From Amoebidium appalachense (lineage: Eukaryota > Protista > Ichthyosporea): DNA of 64,000 nucleotides. The translations under genes and the position numbers were made by a program. Below, one piece after another: positions 13,470 through 31,440 of the stretch; position 1 is the stretch's first letter, and the number at the start of each line of letters is the position of its first letter. The DNA lies in the NCBI GenBank assembly GCA_963693365.1, contig CAVNZM010000003.1, positions 13,920,914 to 13,984,913 on the forward strand, written 5' to 3'. The notes under the pieces were generated by a model. That model was not told where the DNA came from, searched no databases, and saw only the letters and a program-made list of their open reading frames with translations.

Positions 13470-14984
13470 GTACACCCACAGGACGCAACATAGACACACA
13501 CACTCACTCACTCACCACCCGCACGAGACGAAGGGGGTGGATCAGGGACCAAAAACTGGGGCTCAGGAGCCAGAGACGCCATAAATGTTGGGTCGTTGAG
13601 GAGGGCAATGGTGATGACGTCAATGGGAAGAGAGGCAACACCACCACTCAGGTCGTGCACGGACGCACATGTGGGGCACGTCACCTGAAATAAATTGTAT
13701 AACGTGTTTGTGAGTTTGTGTACGTGTGTGTGTGTTTTGGGGGGAAGAGGGTGGGGGGGGGGGGTGTTTCAGAAAGAAAGGAAGGAAGGAAGGAAGAAAG
13801 AAAGAAAGAAACGAAAACAGGATAAAAAAGAACAGGCACGGAAACATTAAACAGGCCCCGTCAGGGCACGGTTGTGAACTCTTGAGGACAGAGAACCCCC
13901 TCCACACACGCAATCGCGAAGGACTCTTCCCCCTACCACCCCCCAAAAAACACACACATGTGGCCACTCCACAAACACACACACATACACACACGCGCAT
14001 CCACCCACACGCACGCACACACACCATCAACCAACCACACCGTTAGCCCAACCACCCACCTACCCATCCATTCTCCACCCTACTCACCCACAATTTACAC
14101 TCACCCATCCCCACATCCCCACCGACCCATATCCTCCCCCTCCCCCCTCCCTCACCCATCCACCCCCCTCCCTCCCCCCTACACCCACCACCATCCCCCG
14201 GTACCCACCCCAATCCCCCCTCCCCTCAACCCCTACTCCACCTCCCCTCCCTCCACACACACCCCCTCCTCTCCCCCCCTCCCCCCTCCCTCCCTCCACC
14301 CCCCCCCCCCACCCATCCACCCACACACGAACACACACACACACACCTTTCCCTCCTTCAAGTGTCCCTCCGCACACCCCAGGCACATCAAATGCGCACA
14401 AGGGAGTTTCTTCGGGTTTTCCAGAAAATGCGTCCCCTTACTTCCACCCTCATCCGCACACATGACTTTTTTGCGCAAATGGTCAAGAACGTCCCCCTGC
14501 CCCGTGACGGGGGTGGAGGCAGGGGAGGGGTCTGCACGTGGGCGCTTGCTTGCCGGCTCGTCCCCTCCTTCGTGTGGGCGCCGAACCTGCTTTCCGTTCT
14601 GAGATGAGATGATGGTGGGAGGGGAGGAGGGACGGAGGAGGGGGGAGGGGGGGGGAGGGGGGGGGAATGGGAGAGAGGGGTGTTAAAGGGCGGAGGGGGG
14701 GAGGGGGGGGGGGGGGGGAGGGGAAATTGGAGGGAGGGAGCATGGGGGGAAGGGGTTTATAAGGGGGGGGGGGGGGGGGGGGGGAGGGGGGGGAGGGGGG
14801 GGGGGGGGGGGGGGTGACGGGGATAATGGGGAGAGAAGGAAATGAGGGAGAGGGGTGACTTTAAACAGGGGGGGGTTGGGGGGGGGGGGGGGGGGGGGGT
14901 GGGGGAGATGGGGAAGTGGGGAAATGGGTCGTGGAGAATGAGATGTGTTAGAGGATGAAGTGCACATTCATAACGGACAACAAC

Positions 14985-15076
<92 letters not shown>

Positions 15077-15488
15077 ATGTATGTGTGTGCGTTTGGGGGG
15101 GGATGTATGCTTCAGAGAATAACAAGCCACCACACACTTCCCTACTGTGTCTTCTCTAATTAGTCATCTTATTTGCCAATCAACTCGCATTTTGGCATAG
15201 TAACCAGACCATTTGATTAGCTACACGCTCTACCAGACCATAATGGGTATATTTTTTTAACTGACATGGCTTTATCTGGAAAATTAAGATGAATTAAAAT
15301 GAAACAAGTATTTTTGCTGCCCGAATCGTCCACGGTGGTCGGTAAACCTATCGAAAAGCTCTTTCACAGGGTGTGAAATTGGATGGTTTAGATGCAAAGA
15401 TATACTTTTCAAACACGCTGATAATGACCATATTTTCTATAGCTTTTGACCACAGATTAATGTACACCAGAGACCCTATCAGGAGATT

Positions 15489-15534
<46 letters not shown>

Positions 15535-15730
15535 ATGTGAGAAACCGTGTGTGTGTGTGTGTGTATGTGTGCGTGAGTGTGTGTGTGCATGTGCGCACAC
15601 ACGAGCATGTGATAGTGGGGGTGTTATTTTCTAAATTCTCTATTTCTATCATTATTATTACTATTATCATTATCATTATCAATATTATAATTATTCTCAT
15701 TACTATTATTACTTTTTTTTGGGGGACGAA

Positions 15731-15762
<32 letters not shown>

Positions 15763-17404
15763 TATATTCACCGGAGCCTCCTCTGCATCCTTGTCCGTGG
15801 CTTCTGCCTCCCCTTCTTTCTCTTTTTCTTTCTCCTTCTCCTTCTCCCCCTCTTTCTCCTTCTCCCCTTCCTTTTCCTTTTCCTTCTCCCCTTCCTTGTT
15901 CACATTTCCCTTCCCATCTTTCTTCCCCTCCTCCCCAACCGCAGGTGTAGGGACGGGGGTCGGGGCAGGGGCGGGAGCCGACACAGGGGCGGGAGGTTCC
16001 GTTGCGGTTTTCGCAGGGCTCGCCGGGGGGGGAGCTCAACCGCCGAAACTTTCGGTGCCTCGGCGGGGACAGAGGGAGATTCAGGAGGGGCCGGAGCGGT
16101 GGTGGGAGGTTTCGGAGAAGCGGGGGCGGGGACGGGGGCGGCGGGGGTGGTGGCGGCGGGGGGCTTGGAGGGCGTGGTTGGTGTGCCGGTGGCGGGAGCT
16201 GTGGGCAGGAAGGGTGAATGGGTGAGTGGATGGGCATGGAAGAAAGAGTAATTATCATAATATTATTGGGTTAAAAAAAAAGAAAGAAAGAAAGAAAAAG
16301 AAAAAAGAAAAAGGAAAAAAAAAGAGGGGGGGGGGGGGGGGGGGGATGAACGGTGGGGGGGGGTCGAATCGGGCCACAACAGACCAAAACTCCAAAACTG
16401 TGTTTTGTGACTTGCGTCTTATTTTTTAGAGGGAAACATGGTGTAAAGAACAGAATGCATAACTCTCCGTACTTCCATCATTAAAAATTTTATGATAATA
16501 AAAGAAAAATAAATAATAATGACAAAGAAGAAGACCAAGACTATTTTTAACAGCCTTCATGTCTAATAGTAAACACAAGATTCCTGAGCCTAACCTATAG
16601 CTTTTTGGTTCAAGGTTACAATCTGCCGGATCGAATTAGCAAAACCCATATATAGGAAAAATCACTTTTTTTGCATCACCATCATAGAAAGTTTCTTATA
16701 TGCCATATCCATTGGCCCTTTCGGGCCAGGCAGGTGTGCATCACGCCAAATCAAATGGCATAAACTAATCCGGTATGACCCAACCCGGGAAACTTAACGA
16801 AACACCGATTTGCGAAAATTCAATGTCGGCATAGCTCACACTTAGTCCAAGGGCAGTGCACTCGTTCTGACAAATGTTTCGATTTCATGTGTTTTTAGTC
16901 TCACCAGAACATAACATCTCCAGTGATGTTAGCTGACGGATTCGACCAGGCATCTTTCCTTTTTTCCAGATTGAGCACTGCCCTTTAAAAAAATTTCTGC
17001 TTCGCTTTATCTACCTGGAACCCCATCTCCCCCCCCCCCCCCCCCCCTCTCCCCCCTGCTCCCCCCCCCCCCCTGGCCCCCAAATATGTTTCTATCGTTT
17101 ATCCTACCACGTCACTGCTTTCCATTTGGCAACACCGACAAGTGCCTATACTACATGTCACTCAAAGACACATGAGGTATAATACAACACACAAAAACGC
17201 AAACACACTAACTTGCAGACGCACACACGTACACACATACACACACCCTCTCTCTCTCTTTCTCTCTCTATCTCTCTCACCCTCTGTTTCTCTCTCCCCA
17301 ACCCTCTCCCCTTCCTCTCTTTCTCTTTCTCATTCACTAACGAAAACACACGCACACACGCGTACACACACACACACACACACGCACACACACACCTACA
17401 CACA

Positions 17405-17453
<49 letters not shown>

Positions 17454-18198
17454 CCCACCCTCTTCCCCTCCCCCCTCGTCCCGCTCTACCCAGTAATCAT
17501 TGTACTGCCCGTCTGTATGAATTCACTATCAATCACATCGTGCTGTGCTCACTGGTGTGTGTTATCACTAACCACACATTCAGCGCTCTTTTTGAAAAAG
17601 AAAACGAACGTTCAAAGGTACAAACGAAGCAAAAGCAGGTACAGAAATAAGAAACAGCAGGAAGTAGAACATTTAAAGACGGCCACCTGTAGAAGAAATA
17701 GAGGATGGAGCCACATGGCGTCGAAAAATAGAAGTTATTCTACCACTAGCACAACCAAGAAAGTGTGAACACAAAGATGCAGGGAGCCGTCTAAAAGTAA
17801 CCGACGTGAACGTGTACATGCCATCGTGTACACAAAAACTGCCATTTCTTTTAGTTTTCGTGTCACACCTTTAAGAAAAAATTAAACACAGTTTCACCAA
17901 TATTTTCTGCCCGAATTCATCGTTACTTGTTCTGAATCCCTTTCGTAAGTTATAGCCCCTCAAACGAACAAACCGCTTCATCCGCTTCGCACGAACACGC
18001 AAAACAACGAGGAAAAGCGTGTGTCAGATCAAGGGGGGGAAAAAAAAAAGGTCGCAAACATCAGAATATACCTGCGGGAACAGCGGGCTTAGCCGGTGAA
18101 GGAGCAGGGGAGGAGGAGGCCGGTTTGGGAGTAGGGACGTTGATTGTAAAGGGGGCCCCTCCCGTGGGGGGCTGGCTGGGTGGCGCCCCAGAACTCAT
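3738..18198 (-). CDS. TRIM/RBCC-like protein: Pro/Glu/Lys-rich N-terminus, bipartite NLS, RING, B-box 2, coiled coil, C-terminal WD40 beta-propeller (about 880 aa, 11 exons)
   Basis: Phase-consistent GT-AG exons: 18198-18072 (MSSGAPP...), 16198-15772, 14598-14347 (RRPHEGGDEPASKRPR; CADEGGSKGTHFLENPKKLPCAHLMCLGC), 13684-13516 (VTCPTC), 12707-12502 (CTAHPGSELEFLCEDCQVAVCSKCVAREHKQH), 11792-11667 (coiled coil), 11177-10938, 9997-9839, 8769-8632, 5996-5724, 4259-3738 (repeated GH...SGSxDKTVRVWD WD40 units; TAG stop). One 1-nt frame slip at the G8 run 16025-16032 is required. Confidence 0.88.
4894..4980 (-). mobile_element. Repeat subfamily A, truncated copy
   Basis: Shares the fixed end ttgaatgcggaacacggtacgaagtac after a G-run. 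Confidence 0.8.
6059..6715 (-). mobile_element. C-run-anchored intronic retroelement-like repeat, subfamily B, longest copy
   Basis: 6059-6550 is near-identical to 52131-52620; begins (plus strand) G-run+ttgaatgcgtcaaaaagtacgaag; unique sequence continues to about 6715, and that boundary is uncertain. Confidence 0.8.
7653..7743 (-). mobile_element. Repeat subfamily A, truncated copy
   Basis: Same fixed end, with a small internal deletion. Confidence 0.8.
10111..10494. mobile_element. AT-rich MITE-like insertion
   Basis: ctaatgtgtatcttcaatgagaa (10111-10133) is a 22/23 inverted match to ttctcattgaagatacatattag (10472-10494). Confidence 0.65.
12020..12450 (-). repeat. Three degenerate tandem copies of the 3' half of the B-box exon (two include the donor region)
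   Basis: HEI...EIDQLLEAV-like sequence and the following gtgattggtg intron start recur at spacing of about 165-185 nt. Confidence 0.8.
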
Positions 18199-19420
18199 GT
18201 TTTCGTCTTTGCGGTCAGGACTACCAACTAGACACAGATGTTTCAGGGCAGTCCTTGATAAAAAAAATAGACAAGCAGGAATCTATTATAAGTAATAATG
18301 GTGTGGTCTGCTAAACTCTGATGTTGCATGAGCTGGAGCCTCCAGCAGAAAGTCCATTTCAAACTTTACGTTGGCCTTGCAACGGTCGCTGCGCTCCCGC
18401 CAAATTTCTGGCCCGAAAACATCTTGTTTGCGATTCGGAATCGACCCGAATTGACCCGACGCGACATCTCCTTGAAAAGCGCTCTAATCGATACATCGTA
18501 GCCAATCAACACATACAATCGCGAGTAAAGGCGAGTATGATCAGATTTTTCGGCCGGAGCAGCACACTTTCGGTAGAGAAAATGTCGCGCGCGAGATCGC
18601 GTGGCTGTTAATTCATACATTTGTGTCGCGCGGAGCCGAAATCATTGCGGTGCCGCGCGCGCGCGCGTTTTCATAGTGTTGATGTTTGACGGTATGGCCA
18701 GTGTGTGCTGTGTTTTGCGCGTGCGTGTGTGCGTGCGCACGTGTGTGCGTACATACGTGTGGTGTTTGTGTGTATGGGTGTGTGCGAACCAGTAAAAATG
18801 TTCATGCATGCACTTTGCCATTGTGTGCCGTGTGCACTTGCACAAGAACATTGTCATCGGTCCCATGGTCTGCAGGAAAATGCACTGACTCATATAATTA
18901 TCACAGTGGGTATGTAAAAACATCCACAAACATGAAGGATATGTGCGTACAACACCAGGCTTGTCTATTCAATAAGAAATTTAGCTAAATTTCTCATCGA
19001 ATCTTACGGGTTGCCATTGGGGGCTGAATTTAATCTTAACATGTACATGCCCATGGTTATGTGTTTTCATATCTCCGGCTTCTCGGCCCACCAGTGCTTT
19101 CACTGAAACAGACGCCCTTGCCAACGGGTGGGAGGGGGCAGGCATAGGGGTGGCGCGGGGGGGGGGGGGGGGGGGGGGGGGGGGTGGAAGGGGGAGGGGG
19201 GGAGGGGAGGACCTATCTTTCTTCCCCAAGTTAAACGTGTCATTAAGAAGGACGCGTCGGGGGGGGGGGGGGGGGGGGGGGGGAGGGGCTTTGTGTGTGT
19301 CAGTGACTGTGTGTCTGTGTACACGCGGGTGTGGGCATGTGCGTGTGTGCGTGCCCTTTGTGCGCACGTGTGTGTGCGTGTGTTTTTAGCCTGGTGTGTG
19401 TGTGTGCATGTGCTATAATA

Positions 19421-19875
19421 CTACAAAAGCAGAAATATTCTGAAAAAAGCAGAATTATTCTGAAAAAAGCAGAATTGTTCTGCAAAAATAAAATTATTCT
19501 GCTTTTAGCAGAATTAATCTGCTTTGAGCATAATTCTTCCGTAAAAAGCAGAATCATTCTACTTTCCATGGACAGCAGAATAATTCCGCTTGTAGCAGAT
19601 TTATTCTGCTTTTATGCAATCTGCAGAATAATTCTGCTTTTTTCTGCTGTTTGCAGAATAATTCTGCTTTTAGCAGATTAATTCTGCTTTTTGCAGGATA
19701 ATTCTGCTTTTAGCAGACTAATTCTGCCGTTTGCAGAATAACTCAGGCTGCTGTTTTTTGCTGAATAATTCTGCTTTTGCTGGATAATTCTGCTTTTGTC
19801 AGAATAATTGTTCTGTTTTTTTCAGAATAAACATGCTCGGCCGCAAGTTGACTCAACCTATCTGGTTGGGCCCGC
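19421..19875. repeat. Array of palindromic GCAGAATAATTCTGC units, second copy
   Basis: About 20 degenerate units with the same terminal tggttgggccc motif. Confidence 0.8.
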
Positions 19876-20348
19876 TGTGTCAGGCAGTCCATGCACTCGA
19901 AATCCAATGCGTGTGTTTCCCAGAGATGTGTTTGTGTGTCTGCCCTTATCTGTTTGTTATGCATGCAGGGGGCCACGTGGGTGTATGCTTGCGGGAGGGG
20001 GGAGGGGGGGAGGGGGGGGGGGATGTGAAGAAAGAGAGAAGAGAGGGCAGGGTGGAGTTTGTTTTTGTTTTGAGGGGGCGAGGGGGGGGGGGGGGGGGGA
20101 AGGAGGGGAGGGGGGAGGGCGGGGAGGGGGGGTTGAGGGGGGAGGACAGGCCAGAGTGTTTGCTATTTGTGTGTGCTTGCACAAGTGTACACTACATGTA
20201 ACGAGTCGGACACATGTGTATGCACGAGCAGATATGTGTGTGTGTGTGCACCTCGTTTGAATTGTGTGTGTGGTGCATGTGTGTATATCATCGGGGGAGG
20301 GGGGGGAGGCGGGGGGGGGGGGGGGGAGGGGGCGGCCAGGCGGTCAGG

Positions 20349-20409
<61 letters not shown>

Positions 20410-21047
20410 AATGCCGGCAGTGTGAACGCACACATGTACTCTGGCGCGAGGTTCCACCCTCCTCTTCTCCCCTTCCCCCACTTCCTCCCTTTCTCCTCTC
20501 CCCTCCCCCCCCCTCCGCCCCGAAAAAAAAAAGAAAACCCTTTTTTGAAAAAAAAAAAAAAAAGAAAAGAAAAAGAAAGAAAAAAAAAAAGAGAAAGAAC
20601 GAAAGAACGGCGCATTTCAGGCTCATGATCTAGCTATAAAGAGACTTAATATTAGTCGTGCATGTGTTATACAGTGTAAGAAAGTTGTTTTCTGAACATA
20701 TTGTAGGTTCTCTCTAGACAGTCTCGATCCAACCTTCCCCATCTACCCTACTAGATTACATATGATATCCTCCCCCTCCCCCCCCCGCCCCTTTTCCCTC
20801 TTGATCCCATGGTGTGCGCGGGCACGGGTAGCTGCTCAGCTCCAAAGGCAGACACCTTTTGATTGGTTCAAACACTGGGCCCGGCGCCGCTGGCCATATG
20901 TATGGTATGGGGTTTACGCTGTTTACTCAGTGAGACACAAGCTCAAGAGAGACCAGTCTCAGGTATGGGGGGGGGCTTTTGTTTGGTATATCCCCTCAGC
21001 ATTATCGAATGAGGTACATAGATGTCGGAACGATGACATGATATATA

Positions 21048-21297
21048 CAGATACCGTCCGCGAATAAGAGCCCCCCAAAATGTGGCCGGGGGGCGGAATC
21101 TTAAAATTTTTGGAGGGTCGGGGTCAGAATTTTAACGGCGCCACGCGGAGCATCCAGTATAATTTATTCATCCGTCGCATCTGCAAATAAGATCACCCCG
21201 AAAACTTGCCCGGGGGCAGAATCTAAAAAAAAGAAAAACGATATAAGCCGGGGGCGAAATCTTATTGGCGGGGGTTCTTGTTCGCGGACGGTATCTG
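21048..21297. mobile_element. MITE, Tc1/mariner-pogo type
   Basis: About 28-bp terminal inverted repeats CAGATACCGTCCGCGAATAAGAGCCCCC / GGGGGTTCTTGTTCGCGGACGGTATCTG, flanked by TA on both sides; internal ccgggggc...aatct subrepeats. Confidence 0.85.
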
Positions 21298-22563
21298 TAT
21301 CACTTGTATACGACGTCCAGCATCACAAAGCCACAGTGCAGGGACTGCAGGCCAGTTGAAACTGCAGAGAAATACTTTAAGAAAAATGGTACGCTGTCGT
21401 GACGACTTCAATTATACTTCATCTCAAGGTTCAATCATCCTTAATACTGCTTTTACATCCACATCGCCGCAGTCACATGCGGCCTCTCAGCAAGTTTTCA
21501 TTCCCATTACACAAGCAGTTCTTACACATCTACATTTCATAAACAGCTTATTCCAAAACCAAAACCCAACGAAAAAAAAAAAAAAAAACAAGGGAAAAAA
21601 ACCTTCACGAAAGCTACTATCATACATAATGCTCCTTAGGTTGCTTCAACACTACTATATTCACACATTATTACATTTGTAATCACCACCGTATGGCATA
21701 ATAATTTCGACACATTCCATATTCTGCGGGCACTTCCGCACTCAAAAAACCTACTCATTTTCAAGAAGCCAACTTCGTGAAATGCAACTTCCTTTTTCAA
21801 TGTCTCCGGCATTCTTAGCATGACCATGATACAATCAACTCCTAGAACCAGAGAACCTGCTTTTGCTATTAAAAAAAAACAAAAACAAAAAAAACAAAAA
21901 CAAAAAAACGAAACCAAAAAAAACACACCGTAACTTAATTAATTATAATCTGCCGCTGAGACCGTATACCGACAACAAAACAAGCTTTAAGACCACATCA
22001 CCACCGAAACACTAACACCGCTACTAGCACATGCAAATCACTCAAATTATACATTTAGTAGTATCAGCAAACCAATCAATCAAGTTATTTTTAAGTAATT
22101 TTTATAATTTTAGGTATAAATATAGTTTAACTAAAGCTGCAATAAAGCTTAAACACTGCCTGTTCCAGTGCGTAAGAATTATTTATCCCGCCTAGCCACC
22201 ATAATACTGAATCTAAAAACAAGTGACTTGAATTATTAAATTTAACGAGCTCTATGCAGCCTCATGCAAGAGCGTAAACACCAAATGAAAGGAAAAAAAC
22301 GTAGCAGATGTCGTGTTTCAGGTGGTTTGGTAGTTTGCCCTCGCGCGCGTGAGTACCGTAATGGGTGCCAGTGCCTACGTGTGTGCCTGTGCATATTTAA
22401 CGGCCTCCAACAATCATAACGTTTTTCAAGTCATTCAAATGAGCTTCATCCCATTCTGCCTACGTACACAAAAACCGTTTCCCCCCATACTTGTTGACTT
22501 TGTATCTATACATTTAGTAAAAATAACATGGGTGTTTGAGTCGCGGTACTATTATTTTAAATT

Positions 22564-28312
<5,749 letters not shown>

Positions 28313-28903
28313 TTCTTACAGAGTCTCTTTCCCTCTCTTTTGAGGGGTTTGGAGGGGGAGGGGGGAGGGAATACTTTCATCAGCTTTATACTTTCATTAG
28401 CTTTACACTTACGAAGTTCGCTGTGTGTCAGCAGGGGGGGAAATGCACAAAACCTCGACAATTGTTATAGTGAAACATTGGGGTTAAAAGGAAAGAGAGG
28501 GAAAAAGTTATTCGAACTTTTCTTGTCATGACAGTTAAAAAGCTTCATATTGATGATAGTATACCACCCTCCAAAATAAGAAGGGACTTTGATTGCACAA
28601 ACTTGACGCCAGCCATCAGCCATAGCAGTGGCATGGTGGCACAAACCAAATCAAATTCAATGAGAACAAAACAACACACCAAAAGACTTGGTGATACAGT
28701 CACATACACGTACAGTAGCAATTGGCAACGTTGTGTGGCAACTTCTTTAGTCAAAAGCCAACAAAAAAAAAACTGGGGGAAAAAAAGCTTTCAGCACCCC
28801 TAGGACCTCGTAGAGAGTGCAAGCGTTTCCGGGTGAAGTATTTTAGTATAACCACAAATATCCAAAACACAGAACACACAACACACATACACACACACGC
28901 GCG

Positions 28904-28978
<75 letters not shown>

Positions 28979-29479
28979 ATGTGTGCACCTTTCCTTCACG
29001 TGAACTTCGCCAGTGTTCACTGTGCAGCAACATACATGATGCAAGGTTTTATGGTAGTGCCTACCCTTAGGCCACACTTTGTCAAAGAGACAAAGAATCA
29101 ATAAAGGTCGTCTGTCAAGAAGCCTAGCAAGACAATTAAGGGAGAAAAAAATGAACTCAGTTTTGTGCTCGTGACAAGGTTTGTTTGTGACGGAACATTT
29201 TCAGGGGGTGTTTACCGTAAACATGGGCCAGGCGTTCCGAAGACAAGAAGCAGTCCTGTCCATACACACCGTGGGGCCCATGTCTTATTTCCTCTCAGTT
29301 CCCACCCCTCAACAGACCAGCCGTCAAAATACGTGGTGTTTGTCCCTTCCAGGGGGAAGAAAAAAAACACACCACAGAACGTGGTTCTACTCTCCTTAGT
29401 TATAAAAAGGAGTGCAGGTTCCCAAGTTTGGCTGTGCATTTAACTCGTAGTAGAGATTCATTGATCAGCTGGGCTAGGC

Positions 29480-31440
29480 TTTAATCTCAAGACCGCCAAG
29501 TTGATTAAAATCTTAAGGAACGCGCGTGTACGTCTCTGATATCGATACTTCCCCAGCCTTTGTATGATTCCAGCACCGAGTTGTTGGTTTAGATATTGGG
29601 TAGGTTTAGATCATCTCAAGCCAATTCTAGAAGTTGAAACTAATACCCTCCGTTACAGACAATACTGTCATGAAAGTGCTCAACCGCTCTTGCTTAGTCT
29701 GTTGCTCTTGGTCTCTTGTATAATCCTTGGTGTAGTGCTTGCGCTGGAACTTCTATAGTGAGGCTACCGTTACGCAAAAGGGTATGATATATCCGTGCAC
29801 GTTTGGAGTCATAATCGAGCAGACGCCTCATTGAACTGTCATAGATCTCAACAACACCCGTGATGATGCTTGCTATAACCTAACAACGACAACGACTTAA
29901 ACATGGAAAAACTGGGGTTTTCAAAGAGTTGTACAGAAAAATGACAGCTGCATGCTCACGTGAGACCACTGGTTGCTTTTGCAGAACTTGGAGTATAGAT
30001 ATGGAAACGGTAGATTGATTACGCCTAGTGATTGCCCAAGAAACAGATCTTAGAGCAGAATGCAAGCATGTGTCAGTGATTTGAACTACGTAGCTAAACG
30101 ATGGGGCGAAGTCTGTCATGGAGGGTGAAAATGAGTGATTCTCATGAGAATGATCCGCATGCTCGAGTGTGATGGGTTTATGTTGACCGAACGCGGCCAA
30201 CCGTTAACAAAACACCGATTGGCCCGTGACGTACGAAGTAGTGGCGGGAACATCACATAATTCCGTGCTGGTTATCAATGAAATAAAAAAATTTCTATTC
30301 CAAAAAAAAGGGAGAGGGCCATGCAGCAGGCCAAAATGAATACGTTGTATTTGGATAAAACAAAAGATATGTTACAAATACGTGCTTGGCCTCTTTTCTA
30401 AAAAGTACCTGCAAGTATAGTCTTTCACACCCCGCAAGTTTGTTAGCATCCAGAGTTCAACTCTCATAATTATATCCATCCGATCGGTATAGGTTTGGAT
30501 TGAGAGATAACTAATAGATATAATATTGAAAATATGAAATGTTTTGCTACCACCGGGCACACGTGCACATTTCGCATTCGGAATTCCCGCCGTGGCGGAG
30601 CTGGAAGCTCCCAACCGGGCCAGCCCTAGCACGCCCCCTTGCGTCTATTTTTCATCTATAACGAACCCTGGCCACTCAAATGAAACGGAAATAGCCCTCA
30701 GGGTCCATTTCATAGTAACTACGCATTGATAAAAGATGAGATATTGTTTATGCTCACCTTCCACTGTGACGCGTTTGCGTACGCACGCCCCATGATCTGG
30801 TATCCTTGGCAATCGAGTAAATATTTCCGATCGCGAATTAGAACTCCATTGGAATCTCGTGAATTGCGAGGCACTGGTCGATCTTAAACATAAATAAACA
30901 ACGTCCATTGATGGCAAAGCAGCATTTTTTAAAAAAAAAGGTATATGTCTTCGTTTTTTCACTTGTCTTGAATAAGAATGTGCAGAGTTGACAAGAATCA
31001 CGCGGCTGAAGAGGGTGCCGTGGGCGCTCGCGTTTATACTTTCTACAGATCATACTCTATTCTAATTGGGTTATTATGACCAATGGGCAGCTGCCTTTGC
31101 ACATACCTCTTGGTGCGTTCCTGTCCAAACAACACTGACGGCGTCATGATCTTTCATTGGCCAACGTTCTTGTTAAGGTGTTTCTTATCACCGAACCTGC
31201 TCCCGGTACAGGTGAAAGATGTTTACCTATGGTTAAGTAAACACCGCTTACTATTTCATTCCCCGGACAAATGGTAACATGTCGCCATACATGTAGAACA
31301 GTAGAAGATTGTGCCACCTTCTGTTGTTGCATTTTTGGGCAACGTTTAAAGAAGTTTCACTTTGACCTCATTCCCTCGGATTCAACATGGCACCAATCAT
31401 CATCACGGGAGCCTTGGGCCGGTCTTCGGGTGATCGAATT
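29480..31440 (-). pseudogene. Decayed Ulp1/C48 peptidase-like and PHD-like coding relic, likely transposon cargo
   Basis: Microsatellite-free block. Short-intron splicing gives FCKSNQWSH|VIASIITGVVEIYDSS (cf. Ulp1 NHWxLxxx...IxYYDS) and VP*DFNQLGGL (cf. VPQQxNxxDCG). EGGTIFYCSTCMATCYH near 31260-31320 resembles a PHD core. In-frame stops are present. Confidence 0.4.

Noticed and set aside
16025-16032. Frameshift in exon 2 of the TRIM-like gene (programmed frameshift or pseudogene?)
   Set aside because: It sits in a G8 run, and similar slips occur at G-runs 27716-27721 and 40144-40151. Homopolymer sequencing error is the simplest explanation; short-read polishing would test this.
19421-19875. 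CRISPR-like array
   Set aside because: Units are directly tandem without unique spacers, there are no cas genes, and the context is eukaryotic.
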